This document shows, one piece after another, positions 37,844 through 48,011 of a stretch of 64,000 bases of DNA. The notes under the pieces are model-generated. The model searched no databases. It was not told the origin of the DNA and worked only from the letters and a program-made list of their open reading frames with translations. The stretch spans positions 124,001 through 188,000 of IMG/VR virus record IMGVR_UViG_3300027899_000001; one strand, given 5' to 3'. Position numbers and translations under genes: made by a program. Numbering within the stretch: position 1 is the first letter of the stretch; each line of letters begins with the position of its first letter.

Positions 37844-38408
37844 GATTATGTTTTATTTTCTTTTTTCCAAAATTAGGATTATTTTTTCCCAATTTTGATA
37901 ATCTTATATTTTCTTTATGTTGTTCAGAAAATTTCATTCCCTTACGTCCTTCTGATATATGTTGTTTATGTAATTCGCTTTTTTCTTTTCCTAACATAAT
38001 ATCACTTACATTTTTCTTTTGTTCAATTGTATGATTTTTATCTTTCCAATAATGTGAATGATTGTCTTTAATTTTCTTTTTTGTTTCTTCTGATTTAGGA
38101 GTAATGGACATTAGTTCTTTAGCAAATTTATAATCCCTTGAAGAAACAACATAACCATTTACTTTACTAAATGTCATTCTAAAAAATGCTTCAACTATTT
38201 TATCATTTTTAGGATAAATAAATGTTAATAATTTATGACATAAATAGTGTTCTTTAGCTGTCAACAATACTTTATTCATATCATTATCTGGCCCTCCTAA
38301 ACATTTAGGCTTTATATGATGTGATTCATAATAAATTCCATTATGCTTAATTCTATTTTCGGATTTAGCCGTTTTAATTATATTATCGTATATTTTTTTA
38401 TGATTCAA
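37833..38408 (-). CDS. HNH homing endonuclease with NUMOD3 repeats
   Basis: ESHHIKPKCLGG.D...N.V.LTAKEH..CH. Confidence 0.85.
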   Translation of the reverse strand: MNHKKIYDNIIKTAKSENRIKHNGIYYESHHIKPKCLGGPDNDMNKVLLTAKEHYLCHKLLTFIYPKNDKIVEAFFRMTFSKVNGYVVSSRDYKFAKELMSITPKSEETKKKIKDNHSHYWKDKNHTIEQKKNVSDIMLGKEKSELHKQHISEGRKGMKFSEQHKENIRLSKLGKNNPNFGKKKIKHNHET

Positions 38409-38806
38409 TTTATTATTATGACTGGTTTATTTAATTTTTTAGCTTTACCTATAGTATCATTAGTTCCATTTGAGATATGTCCTGCTGGAATGAATGCTAA
38501 TAATAAATTACATTCTTCAGCAATAAAACTATTACGTTGAAAAAATTGACTGACATGATAAGGTTGTCCATAAAACTCTTTAGGTTTTCCTGAGTATATA
38601 TTCCACTCTGTATGAGCTGGATTATATTCTACATATTTCAATCCTTTTTCTAAAGCAACTATCTTTCCTAAGTAATCTGCACCCTTAGCACCACCACTTA
38701 TGATACATATATCATTTCCATATTTTTCTATACATTTGTCAACAGCAGTTTCAACAGATAATTTATCTGTATATAATCTTGAACCAACTATTCCTATTGT
38801 TATCAT
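38405..38806 (-). CDS. SLOG-family (DUF2493/YspA-like) protein
   Basis: IVGSR, ISGGAKGAD, RN, S.GT. Confidence 0.8.
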   Translation of the reverse strand: MITIGIVGSRLYTDKLSVETAVDKCIEKYGNDICIISGGAKGADYLGKIVALEKGLKYVEYNPAHTEWNIYSGKPKEFYGQPYHVSQFFQRNSFIAEECNLLLAFIPAGHISNGTNDTIGKAKKLNKPVIIIN

Positions 38807-39267
38807 TTACCACGAGCTATATTTTCAATTTCAACGCGTTTCGGGATGGCAAATATTATGTTATCTAACGTTGCAATAGTACGATCTATAAATTTTGAAT
38901 GATTATCTAGCATTGCTCTTTTTTCTACTAAATCTGCTAAATCTACTTGTATTCTATTATGCTTTGTAGATTCTGTAGGATATCTTACTTGTGATTTATT
39001 TGTATAATAATCATGTTTTTCTGCATATGATTTATTATATGTTTTATTTATCCCTATCATTAAAGATACAAGATAATGATAATATTCAACTGCTCTTTGA
39101 CGTTCTGTATAGAGTGTAGTCATAAGTTCAGGAATTTCAAAGATTTTTTTCATTTGTGCAGACATAGTTGCAATCTTCTCAGACCATTCTAAGCGTTCAC
39201 TAGCAAATCTATCTTCTAAAGATTCTTCTGGCTTTATATTGGGGTTTATATTAAAAAAATCAGACAT
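38803..39267 (-). CDS. UvsY-like recombination mediator
   Basis: Helical 154-aa protein upstream of uvsW; size and synteny as in T4-like phages. Confidence 0.55.
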   Translation of the reverse strand: MSDFFNINPNIKPEESLEDRFASERLEWSEKIATMSAQMKKIFEIPELMTTLYTERQRAVEYYHYLVSLMIGINKTYNKSYAEKHDYYTNKSQVRYPTESTKHNRIQVDLADLVEKRAMLDNHSKFIDRTIATLDNIIFAIPKRVEIENIARGK

Positions 39268-39432
39268 TTAAAATAATTTAGTTGATACGTCAGTAATTTT
39301 CTTTTTATGTTCTATTATCTTTATACTCTTAGGCTTCTTATTTGTTTTCAATTTCATATCAACATTGAATATAGGAATATCTTCCTGATCATCAAAAGTA
39401 AATGAAAGTTTTGTGGTTAATTTAGGTTTCAT
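39268..39432 (-). CDS. 54-aa hypothetical protein (absent from the ORF track)
   Basis: MKPKLTTKLSFTFDDQE...STKLF; ATGA overlap upstream, and its stop abuts the next ATG. Confidence 0.6.
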   Translation of the reverse strand: MKPKLTTKLSFTFDDQEDIPIFNVDMKLKTNKKPKSIKIIEHKKKITDVSTKLF

Positions 39433-39830
39433 TTTTTTATATTGTAGGCGTTTAATGCGTCTTTGTAATAACTGTTTATAGATTTTAGAATATATCTAAA
39501 CGTTTTGCTTGAAAAATGATATTTATATTTTTTTGCTACTTTTAATCCTTCTACCCACGCTTGATATTCAATAAGCATTTGATCATGATTTACCATTATT
39601 TCAAATGCATCAGAAATTAAAGTATGCCCAATTTCATGAAAAAATGCTGCTGTCTTTAATTCTTTATCTTCATATAATCCTAAAATAACATCTTCATCTC
39701 CAATAACATACGCATTATTCACTAAATCAGTTTTATTTATATCATATTTCTTAGAATATCTTATTATGTTATGCTCAGTTATATTTATCAAATTAAGATT
39801 ATAGTCATTGGCTATTTGTTTTATCTTCAT
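39429..39830 (-). CDS. HExxH metallopeptidase-like protein
   Basis: FFHEIGH...EYQAW. Confidence 0.6.
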   Translation of the reverse strand: MKIKQIANDYNLNLINITEHNIIRYSKKYDINKTDLVNNAYVIGDEDVILGLYEDKELKTAAFFHEIGHTLISDAFEIMVNHDQMLIEYQAWVEGLKVAKKYKYHFSSKTFRYILKSINSYYKDALNAYNIKK

Positions 39831-39846
39831 TGATAGATCGTTTTAT

Positions 39847-40533
39847 TTATATATCGATCTTTTTTAATTTACATTTTTCTCCGTGCCATTTTTTATAATT
39901 ACCCGGGTCAAATTCTTTTTTACAATATTCACATATTTTTTTCATATTTCGTATGGGTGCCCACCCATCTTTTTTATACATTCCATTTTTATTTCCGCTA
40001 ATAGATTTTCCAATTTGTTTTTTTGTTTTTTCTGTATGAAATAATCCAATGTGCGAAAATTTCATCATATGAATAGTTTCATTAGTATAAACATTACATT
40101 TTCCTTTATTCCATGGAGAGTTTCCTTTCATATGTTCTTTCCATTCTTTAGAAAATTTTTTTCCTTTATTAATATTCTTATATTTTTTTCTTGTTTCTTC
40201 AGATATTGGCGTATTTTTTCGTAAATATACTGCATATTCATAATCTTTTGAAGAAACAAATTTTCCATCTTTTTTACTACATGCCATATAATGAAATGCA
40301 CAAGCAATATTTCTATTTCCTTTATAAATATATGTTAATAATTTATGACACACAAAATGTTCTCTTGCTGTTAATAGAACAAGATTATCTTGTTCGTTTG
40401 ATCCGCCTAAACACTTTGGAAGTATATGATGATTTTCATAATATACATAATTAGCATTATCTTTTTTTAATTTTTCTCTGTTTTCTGATTTTGCTTTTTG
40501 AATTATACTATTGTATGCTCTTTGATAATTCAT
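39847..40533 (-). CDS. HNH homing endonuclease with NUMOD3
   Basis: ENHHILPKCLGGSN...NLVLLTAREH; PWNKG. Confidence 0.85.
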   Translation of the reverse strand: MNYQRAYNSIIQKAKSENREKLKKDNANYVYYENHHILPKCLGGSNEQDNLVLLTAREHFVCHKLLTYIYKGNRNIACAFHYMACSKKDGKFVSSKDYEYAVYLRKNTPISEETRKKYKNINKGKKFSKEWKEHMKGNSPWNKGKCNVYTNETIHMMKFSHIGLFHTEKTKKQIGKSISGNKNGMYKKDGWAPIRNMKKICEYCKKEFDPGNYKKWHGEKCKLKKIDI

Positions 40534-40552
40534 ATCATTAATATTAATTTTA

Positions 40553-41659
40553 TTAAATATCTAACATATCTAATGGATCATTTGAAAAATAATTTTCAAA
40601 ATTAGGAAGTTTAATATTATTTTGTTTTGACCATATTAATATATCATTAATATCCCATTTTTTTCTATAAGGGGCATTTATATCTCTAAGAAATTTTTCC
40701 CATAAAAATACTTCATCGCCATCATTAATATGTTCTATTGATCTATTAATACCTGTATCATCTTTATCATATAAATATTTTAATTGTATGTCTAACGGAA
40801 ATGTTTTATTAGCACCAGTATTTGCTATTGAATTTGGAATTAAAAATGAGTCAAATGGTCCTTCTAAAAGTATTATCGATTTAGAATAATCTAATAAACA
40901 TATATTAAATATAGAAGAAATCGTATCAATTTCTTCGGGTATCAAAGAAGAATTCATATTAAGCATTTCATATATTTTACTTAATTTATATGTTAAATAT
41001 TTTGTGTTTCCATAAAATAATCTTTTTTGCATACCAAGTATTTTTCCAGATTGGGTCAAATTTAATATAAATAAATTGTTTTCTTGCATATTATATAAAA
41101 ATTTTTCTTTATTAAATTGTAATCTATTGTTTAACCATCTTTGTATATTTGTGTTATCTATATTACTTAAATTTAATTGTTTACATAAATAATTTTTATC
41201 TATGGCGTATTTGTCTATTGCATCCATATCTAAAAAAAGTGACATGTCATACTTTATATTAGAATGGGAAGAAAAATCTTCAATACCTTTTGCTATATAG
41301 TTTATAACACTTAAATCTAAATTAATTTTATAATCAGTAAAAAACTGATCAATTCTTTTTGCTTCTCCACAATTGTGGCATTTAAAAAAATGAGCATATT
41401 TGCCCCTTAAGATAAAGTTGCCTCTTTTCTTATAATTACTTTTCATACTATCACCGCAAATTGGACACGCAAACGAAATACGATCAACATAAGGACGTAT
41501 TTGTTGCTTACCAAAATTTCCCGGAAATCTTTGTTCTAAAATAGGTTTTAATAATGATATAAGATGCTGTCTATATTCTGATTCAGATACGACATCATCA
41601 ATATTAGAAAGGGAAGAGTCGAAACTAATCCCTTTCGTTATATCAATGTTTGTTTGCAT
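40553..41659 (-). CDS. DNA primase (T4 gp61-like)
   Basis: CPICGDS..KRG..CHNC, EGPFDS, D.D, KWDIND. Confidence 0.85.
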   Translation of the reverse strand: MQTNIDITKGISFDSSLSNIDDVVSESEYRQHLISLLKPILEQRFPGNFGKQQIRPYVDRISFACPICGDSMKSNYKKRGNFILRGKYAHFFKCHNCGEAKRIDQFFTDYKINLDLSVINYIAKGIEDFSSHSNIKYDMSLFLDMDAIDKYAIDKNYLCKQLNLSNIDNTNIQRWLNNRLQFNKEKFLYNMQENNLFILNLTQSGKILGMQKRLFYGNTKYLTYKLSKIYEMLNMNSSLIPEEIDTISSIFNICLLDYSKSIILLEGPFDSFLIPNSIANTGANKTFPLDIQLKYLYDKDDTGINRSIEHINDGDEVFLWEKFLRDINAPYRKKWDINDILIWSKQNNIKLPNFENYFSNDPLDMLDI

Positions 41660-41660
41660 G

Positions 41661-42659
41661 TTAGATGCTGTTAAGTGCGTCGCTTAAATCTCCAAATCCC
41701 CCATCATCATTATTATTTAAATTTGGAAGATCGAGATTAGGAAGAGAATTAAGTCCACTTCCAAGGTTTAAATCATCAAGATTCAAATCTGATGCAGTTA
41801 TTCCTGTTCCTGTTGGTGGAGTTTGTTTTCCAGGAGTACCTGCTGGTGCAGATTGTGAAGGATTATTTCTTATATCTGCATAAGCTGCTGATGGAATTTG
41901 TCCAGTTACTGCAAGAATAACTTGATTAACATAATCATGCATTTCTTGATCCCACTCTTTAAATGCATATTTTGTAAGATCTGGACTTTGTTCCTTTAAG
42001 AAATTGAATACAACCTCTCTTGAAGTTTTATCATTAATTGGAAGTAATTTTCCAGTTTTCTCATCAGGAAGTAAAAGAGGAATTTTCTTATCAAGAAATC
42101 TTGATTGATCATAGTTATTAAATCCTGCAGCTTTTGTTATAACGAGTGCAAAAGCTTTTCCATCTAAAAGATCAAATGGTTCATGTGGTTCACCTATTAC
42201 AGGTTTCTTTTCAGCTTCAATTTTTTCAAAAATTTTCTTTCCAAATTTCCAAATCATAAGTTTTCCTTCAGCTTCTTTATTTTGATCGTCTTTAACGATC
42301 TGTACAACTGCTGTGTATAAATGCTTACGACTAAAAATTTCAGATTTCTTTTGTTCCTGAATTGATTCAGATTTACGAAGCTTGAAAAACATATCCTGAA
42401 GAACAGAAGGTTTTCCAACTGAAGATGGACAATCTACAAGTCTTCCTCTATTAGTTACTGGGTCTACCAACCAGCATACCCATTTGTCACTAATTGAGTG
42501 TTGTGGATCTTGCCACCATGTTACGAAACGAATAATTGATTTATAAATACCATTTTGGCCTTTTGCGGCATCGGGCTGATATTCGCCTGTGTTTTTTAGG
42601 TCTTTGCCCATCTCTACATTCGGATGAAAGAGAGAATTTAAGTCATACTTGTTTTCCAT
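41661..42659 (-). CDS. Single-stranded DNA-binding protein (T4 gp32-like)
   Basis: IRF, KFGKKIFEKI, PFDLLDG.AF, NYDQSRF, acidic tail. Confidence 0.88.
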   Translation of the reverse strand: MENKYDLNSLFHPNVEMGKDLKNTGEYQPDAAKGQNGIYKSIIRFVTWWQDPQHSISDKWVCWLVDPVTNRGRLVDCPSSVGKPSVLQDMFFKLRKSESIQEQKKSEIFSRKHLYTAVVQIVKDDQNKEAEGKLMIWKFGKKIFEKIEAEKKPVIGEPHEPFDLLDGKAFALVITKAAGFNNYDQSRFLDKKIPLLLPDEKTGKLLPINDKTSREVVFNFLKEQSPDLTKYAFKEWDQEMHDYVNQVILAVTGQIPSAAYADIRNNPSQSAPAGTPGKQTPPTGTGITASDLNLDDLNLGSGLNSLPNLDLPNLNNNDDGGFGDLSDALNSI

Positions 42660-42822
42660 AGTTTTTAAGAATTTTAGTTAATTAGTAATTTTAGTAATGA
42701 GAATTTAAAGCGCTTTAGTACTCTTACTTGTATTATATATTAATGAAAATATATTAAGTTTTATTAGTTAATGTTAATAAATTGTTAATTTTTTGATGAT
42801 ACGGAGTATAATCGAGAGGATT

Positions 42823-43662
42823 TTATAGTTGTGCGATAATGCGTAACGCGTAATCCTTTTCTGAACCTTTTGGTGTATCTACTTCTCCTGATTTTACAGA
42901 CACCATAGATCTAAATACACCCTTAACTCTATTAAGAGAACGAGGATTTTGAAGGTTATTTTTAATATCAGAAACAAGAGATTCAAAGGATTTATTAAAA
43001 TAATAATCACTTAAAAGAGATTCTACTATACTCCATTTAGTTGTCTTCCAAATATCTACACTATCTAATGTCTTAAAATCTGGTGTTAAATCTACTCTAC
43101 GAAGAGTTAACGCTGAGGAACTTAGATTAAATTCATATTCTTGATTCTTCGCAGGTTTAGGGAGATTTGGAAATTTATTCAAAACTCTTGGATTTTCTAA
43201 TACTACAGTTTTTATTAAACCTAACATAAGTCCTTGTTTAATTGCCGGGAGATTTAAAAATTCTAATTTAAAATTAGTTTCATCTGAAGATAAAGAGATT
43301 ATATTATCAATCTGAACAAATCCGTTTCCATTTTCTATAGGATATAATATCGTAATAATTTCTCCAGAACTTAAGAATTTTTTTCCATTATATTTAACAC
43401 TCTTAAAAGGAACTATTAAATCATCAGGAAGAGATGATACAAATTCTCCAAAATCTTTTTTAACTCTAATCTTATCGTTAGATTTTAATTCAACTATTAA
43501 ATCTATATCTCCAAAATCAGTTTTATTGGAAGTGTTATATGACCCAGATATCACTGAAGTTTTATAATTTCTATATTCAGATAACACATTATCTTGATAA
43601 TGTTGAATTGTAGATTCTACATCTTCTCTTGAAATTCTATTTCCGCCGGCGCTCCCGCTCAT
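42823..43662 (-). CDS. Pol-beta-superfamily nucleotidyltransferase
   Basis: SGS...FGDIDL...VQID. Confidence 0.7.
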   Translation of the reverse strand: MSGSAGGNRISREDVESTIQHYQDNVLSEYRNYKTSVISGSYNTSNKTDFGDIDLIVELKSNDKIRVKKDFGEFVSSLPDDLIVPFKSVKYNGKKFLSSGEIITILYPIENGNGFVQIDNIISLSSDETNFKLEFLNLPAIKQGLMLGLIKTVVLENPRVLNKFPNLPKPAKNQEYEFNLSSSALTLRRVDLTPDFKTLDSVDIWKTTKWSIVESLLSDYYFNKSFESLVSDIKNNLQNPRSLNRVKGVFRSMVSVKSGEVDTPKGSEKDYALRIIAQL

Positions 43663-45563
43663 TTTCTGAATTTATATAAGTTTGAATCTTCTGGTAAAAA
43701 TTTACCTTGTAATCCTAATCTATCTTGATTTTTAATCCAATACTCCTGTAACATAGTTGGAATATCTGTTCTTGTCGAATCTAATATCTTTAAGTAAATA
43801 TCGTAAATCTTATATAACTCAGATTGCGAAAGGTTTTTAACAAGAAACTCTCGAAGTTTATAAAAGTTATTAAGTGTTTCTCGAGTTAAAGTATCTCTAA
43901 AATTATATAACTTATTTAATAATTCTATTACTTCAGTAGGATTAGTCGCATCATATTCTGTAGTTTCTGAATTATATACTCCAGAACCATGACGGAAAGT
44001 TCTTTTCTTATTTGCGAATAGCGCTACTATTAACTGAGTTCTATGTAATCCTTTCACATTACCCTCATAAGATTCTGAGTGATAACTAAAAGTTAACCAA
44101 TCCATGTTTCCAATATTCACATCTATCTGAACATCTTTACCAACTTTCTGTCCTTGTTCATTATATTGTGGAAAACAACAGAATATAGTTCCAGCGCCAG
44201 AGTTCTTAGGATCAGCGAGTAACCCTTTAGCGATTAGTTTATCTACAATTATTTTCACCATTGAACCTAACTTAAGTTGTTTTTCAGACGCTGAGCGAGC
44301 GCGTTTCTTCTTAAGTTCGTATACTTCTGTGAATTCTTCAGGACTTATTCCCCAATCATCTAATTTAACTTCGTTATTCTCAAATATAGTATCTTCACTA
44401 AGCGCTAAATCTATATCTCCTGAAATATCTTTCTTTCCCGCAGATCCGAGTAATTTAAATTCGAAATCAACGTTTGGAAAAATAAAATTAAGTTTCTTTG
44501 TGAATCTATCCATAGTTGGTGGAATATCTTCTCGTTTAATAGGTCCTGTACCATCAAAAATATTACCCCCTTCAAATAATCGAGGAGTAAAAGATTCTTT
44601 AATATTTTGTGTATTTTCTTTAATTGCGCGAGAAATTTTATTATATACGCATTTTTCATTTTCACAATAATACGCCCAATAACTACTATCTTCACGAATT
44701 TCATATTTAAATCTTCTAAATGATGAATCATCATATTCTCCTACTATATTTTCTATGTTATATTTTACTCCCTTTACTTTATAATAAGCGCTCTTTTTAT
44801 GTATAGAAAATTCTTCCTTTTTTGGAATATAAATTTTACCTCCAAATTTTTGTTTAAGTTTATATAGAGCTGCGTGTAGAGGATTTCCTATACCTAAATC
44901 ATGAATAGGATCTGATTCTTGTGTAAATTTCTCGTTTACTGATTCTGTAATAACGTTTTTAGTCATATCCCAAATAGTTTCTACTATCGATTCTCTTATT
45001 CCGGGATAATTGGTTTTAAAGTTTCCATAATCATCGTTTAAAATATCTTGACGTAATATAGTTCCAGATATTATTTCTCCTTCATTTTCATCTGTACGAC
45101 CTTCATATCTAATTGGAGATATATCTATCGGAAGTTCTATAACTTTAACATCTGGGTGTTTTAGATGATAATATTTTCCGGTTTCAAGATGATCTTTAAC
45201 GAATTTAGTAACTCTGCCATAATCAGTATCTTTTTCTGAACCACCCATCGCATAAACTCCCGGTTGCGCTGCTTCTATAAACTTATACGCTGCCAACACA
45301 GGAACTTTAACTTCTTCTACACTAACATTATGTAAATCTTCTAAAAGTAATAAAGCGATCTGTACAGCCTCTACTGGAGTTATTCCATTACGAACGCCTG
45401 AACCTATAAAAATTCTAACTTCTTTAACTTTCGGATTTTCTACATAGCGCCTAATCATATTTACATGACCTATGTGCATAGGTTTAAAACTTCCAGGTAA
45501 TAACACGGTTATTCCTTCGTTTATATTTTCGTTTAACCAACTTATATATGATGAAAATTTCAT
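43659..45563 (-). CDS. Three-part protein: HxGH cytidylyltransferase-like, tagged module, pol-beta nucleotidyltransferase
   Basis: PGSFKPMHIGH; ESVNEKFTQESDPIHDLGIG; LGSAGKKDISGDIDL...VQID. Confidence 0.75.
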   Translation of the reverse strand: MKFSSYISWLNENINEGITVLLPGSFKPMHIGHVNMIRRYVENPKVKEVRIFIGSGVRNGITPVEAVQIALLLLEDLHNVSVEEVKVPVLAAYKFIEAAQPGVYAMGGSEKDTDYGRVTKFVKDHLETGKYYHLKHPDVKVIELPIDISPIRYEGRTDENEGEIISGTILRQDILNDDYGNFKTNYPGIRESIVETIWDMTKNVITESVNEKFTQESDPIHDLGIGNPLHAALYKLKQKFGGKIYIPKKEEFSIHKKSAYYKVKGVKYNIENIVGEYDDSSFRRFKYEIREDSSYWAYYCENEKCVYNKISRAIKENTQNIKESFTPRLFEGGNIFDGTGPIKREDIPPTMDRFTKKLNFIFPNVDFEFKLLGSAGKKDISGDIDLALSEDTIFENNEVKLDDWGISPEEFTEVYELKKKRARSASEKQLKLGSMVKIIVDKLIAKGLLADPKNSGAGTIFCCFPQYNEQGQKVGKDVQIDVNIGNMDWLTFSYHSESYEGNVKGLHRTQLIVALFANKKRTFRHGSGVYNSETTEYDATNPTEVIELLNKLYNFRDTLTRETLNNFYKLREFLVKNLSQSELYKIYDIYLKILDSTRTDIPTMLQEYWIKNQDRLGLQGKFLPEDSNLYKFRK

Positions 45564-46207
45564 TTAGTTATATAATATTTTTCGTATTTTTTTATAGTAT
45601 GTTTAATTCCAATAGTATCTATCAAGATTACTTCTGTTCCCATTCCGTAACTAGCTGAATCTGCTATTTTAAATGTTAGAGATTTTTTACTTCCTTCAAA
45701 AACTCCAGTTATTGTTTTTCCCGGCAAACCTTTTATAAAATATAACCACTCTTCATAACCATCATCTGCATTTATAATACTTCTAATAGTGTTTTCAGAA
45801 AGTTCATAAAAATTTACAACATCTACTCCTATTCCCATACTACTAACAGGATCAAATTCTTCTTCAAATTTTTCGTTAACTTTTTTATATAATTTATCTT
45901 TAACAAGTTGTTTAAATTCATCAACCCATAATGTATCAACTCGCATACCTCGTATTGTTACATATTTGCGTATAAATGCCATTATTTGCACATAATAATC
46001 ATGATTTATAACACATTCACCCGGATCTTTTAAAATATCTTCTATTTTTTCAAGATGTAATAATATTGCCGCATTTTTATATAACCATTTATGAAGATCT
46101 AGATAATTATTAAAATCTCTTTTCATATATAATCCTATGCCCATATCTCTTATAGGATCAGAATCTTCTACAAATTTCTCGTTAATATGTTCTCTAACTA
46201 CTTTCAT
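45560..46207 (-). CDS. Tag family polyprotein, 2 modules
   Basis: INEKFVEDSDPIRDMGIG; VNEKFEEEFDPVSSMGIG. Confidence 0.8.
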   Translation of the reverse strand: MKVVREHINEKFVEDSDPIRDMGIGLYMKRDFNNYLDLHKWLYKNAAILLHLEKIEDILKDPGECVINHDYYVQIMAFIRKYVTIRGMRVDTLWVDEFKQLVKDKLYKKVNEKFEEEFDPVSSMGIGVDVVNFYELSENTIRSIINADDGYEEWLYFIKGLPGKTITGVFEGSKKSLTFKIADSASYGMGTEVILIDTIGIKHTIKKYEKYYITK

Positions 46208-46644
46208 TAAAATTTTCTCTCATGTAATTTTGTATGATACGCCATTTGAATATCACCTAAATAATAAATATAATCACTGCGTGACGCTTCTGTTAGTGTA
46301 GCAATTTTTCCAAATTCTGTAATAAATCCTTTAAATAATTCTTTTTTATTATTATATAATTTTCTTATTTTTAATTGTTTTTTATTATTTACAGTAAATT
46401 GTTTTATTTCTTCTTTCATAAATCCTTCAAATTCACCTTCATCACCTATATAATACACATCTGATAAAGGAAGTTCAAAAAAATTATGTATTAATTTCTT
46501 TTCATGTGGACTTAAAACTAATGATCTGTTAACACCATGTTTTTCAATTTTTGGTGCGATACTGTATATTCCTATACCCATATCATGGATAGGATCAGAT
46601 TCTTCTTTAAATACTTCGTTAATATATTCTCTTACTAATTTCAT
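46207..46644 (-). CDS. Tag family, 1 module
   Basis: INEVFKEESDPIHDMGIG. Confidence 0.8.
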   Translation of the reverse strand: MKLVREYINEVFKEESDPIHDMGIGIYSIAPKIEKHGVNRSLVLSPHEKKLIHNFFELPLSDVYYIGDEGEFEGFMKEEIKQFTVNNKKQLKIRKLYNNKKELFKGFITEFGKIATLTEASRSDYIYYLGDIQMAYHTKLHERKF

Positions 46645-47474
46645 TTTTGTAGTGGAGCATTTAATTTCATTGATGTAATTACATCGCCTTTTACTTCACA
46701 ACGGCTTCTAATCTCTTCTTCTGTAAATTCTACATCGTTACCAACTATTACATAATTTCCACCAATATATTTTGGCATTCCTTCTAAAGATTTCAAACGA
46801 CATGTATAAACTGCAAAATTTCCACCAACGTGTCTAGGAAAACCTTTTAATGTTGTTATTTCTCCTAAAATTATTACGAATCCTAATTTTGTTTTATTAA
46901 ATTGAATATAATCTGGAAAATCTTGAAAATTTTTGCCTATAGTATAAATTTCATCATAAAGGTCAATAGTTCCGTCTTGTCTTATTTTATATCTTTTTAT
47001 CTCATGTTCTTTTAACCATTTCTTAATTTTAGGAATTACACCAATACCTAAGTCTTGTACAGGATCAGAATCTTCTATAAATTTTTCATTTACAGATTCT
47101 TTTAATTTGTCTATTTCTTCTGGTTTAGGAATCTCAAAATGTTCTAAAAACTTTTTTCCTGATAATGTTAAATATTCATCTCCGACAAACACAAAATCTG
47201 GGAACCTGAACCATTTTGGAAATTTCTCATATGTAACTAAATTTAATTTAATTTTTCCTTTAGGTGTAAAATTTATTTCTTTAATTACACAATAAGAATC
47301 AGGAGTAATATGAAAATTAGAAACAGGATATTGAGGAACTCTAGGTTTTATACTTTTTTTACATCTAATAATATCACCGCGCTTTAGTTTATGAAATATA
47401 CCAATTCCTAAATCATAAATAGGATCGCTATCTTCAACAAATACTTCATTAATATATTCTCGTACTATATTCAT
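46641..47474 (-). CDS. Tag family polyprotein, 2 modules (second LRR-like)
   Basis: Two tags; ITTLKGFP..V.G, LKSLEGMP. Confidence 0.8.
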   Translation of the reverse strand: MNIVREYINEVFVEDSDPIYDLGIGIFHKLKRGDIIRCKKSIKPRVPQYPVSNFHITPDSYCVIKEINFTPKGKIKLNLVTYEKFPKWFRFPDFVFVGDEYLTLSGKKFLEHFEIPKPEEIDKLKESVNEKFIEDSDPVQDLGIGVIPKIKKWLKEHEIKRYKIRQDGTIDLYDEIYTIGKNFQDFPDYIQFNKTKLGFVIILGEITTLKGFPRHVGGNFAVYTCRLKSLEGMPKYIGGNYVIVGNDVEFTEEEIRSRCEVKGDVITSMKLNAPLQK

Positions 47475-47947
47475 GTAGTTCTTATCTTATCTTTTGCTAT
47501 TTTACAATATTTCTGTACGTATTCTCTTGTAAATCTTTTTTTATTACCACCACACATAAATTTTTTGCCAATAATTTCTGGACAATATTCTAATGAAGTT
47601 AATTTATTAAATCTGCAATCAAAATCGCCAGTTACTATTTTAGGACATCCCCTAAGAGTTGTCATATTACAATTACATATTATAAATTCTCCATCTATTT
47701 TATTAAAATTTATATACTCTGGAAAATTTCCGCAATTATCTGGAAGCGCAGTAAATCCTTGGCAATCTATAGTGCCATCGTTATTTATAGTGTAATTTCT
47801 AATTCCATCACACTGATTATTATTAGATATTCTATTTATCATTCCTATCCATTTTTCAATTTTGTGTATTATTCCTATACCCATATCTTGTATAGGATCT
47901 GATTCTTCTGAAAATTTTTCGTTGATATGTTCTCGGACTATGTTCAA
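47471..47947 (-). CDS. Tag family, LRR-like payload
   Basis: INEKFSEESDPIQDMGIG; MTTLRGCPKIVTGDFDC. Confidence 0.8.
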   Translation of the reverse strand: MNIVREHINEKFSEESDPIQDMGIGIIHKIEKWIGMINRISNNNQCDGIRNYTINNDGTIDCQGFTALPDNCGNFPEYINFNKIDGEFIICNCNMTTLRGCPKIVTGDFDCRFNKLTSLEYCPEIIGKKFMCGGNKKRFTREYVQKYCKIAKDKIRTT

Positions 47948-47957
47948 AGCGATTTTA

Positions 47958-48002
47958 TTTTATATATTTAAGAAAAAAGGAGATAATTTATTTTATCTCC
48001 TT
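47958..48002 (-). promoter_or_regulatory. Terminator fused to a late-promoter variant
   Basis: AAGGAGATAA/TTATCTCCTT hairpin, T tract, AAATATATAAA. Confidence 0.6.
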
Positions 48003-48011
48003 GTGTTATTA

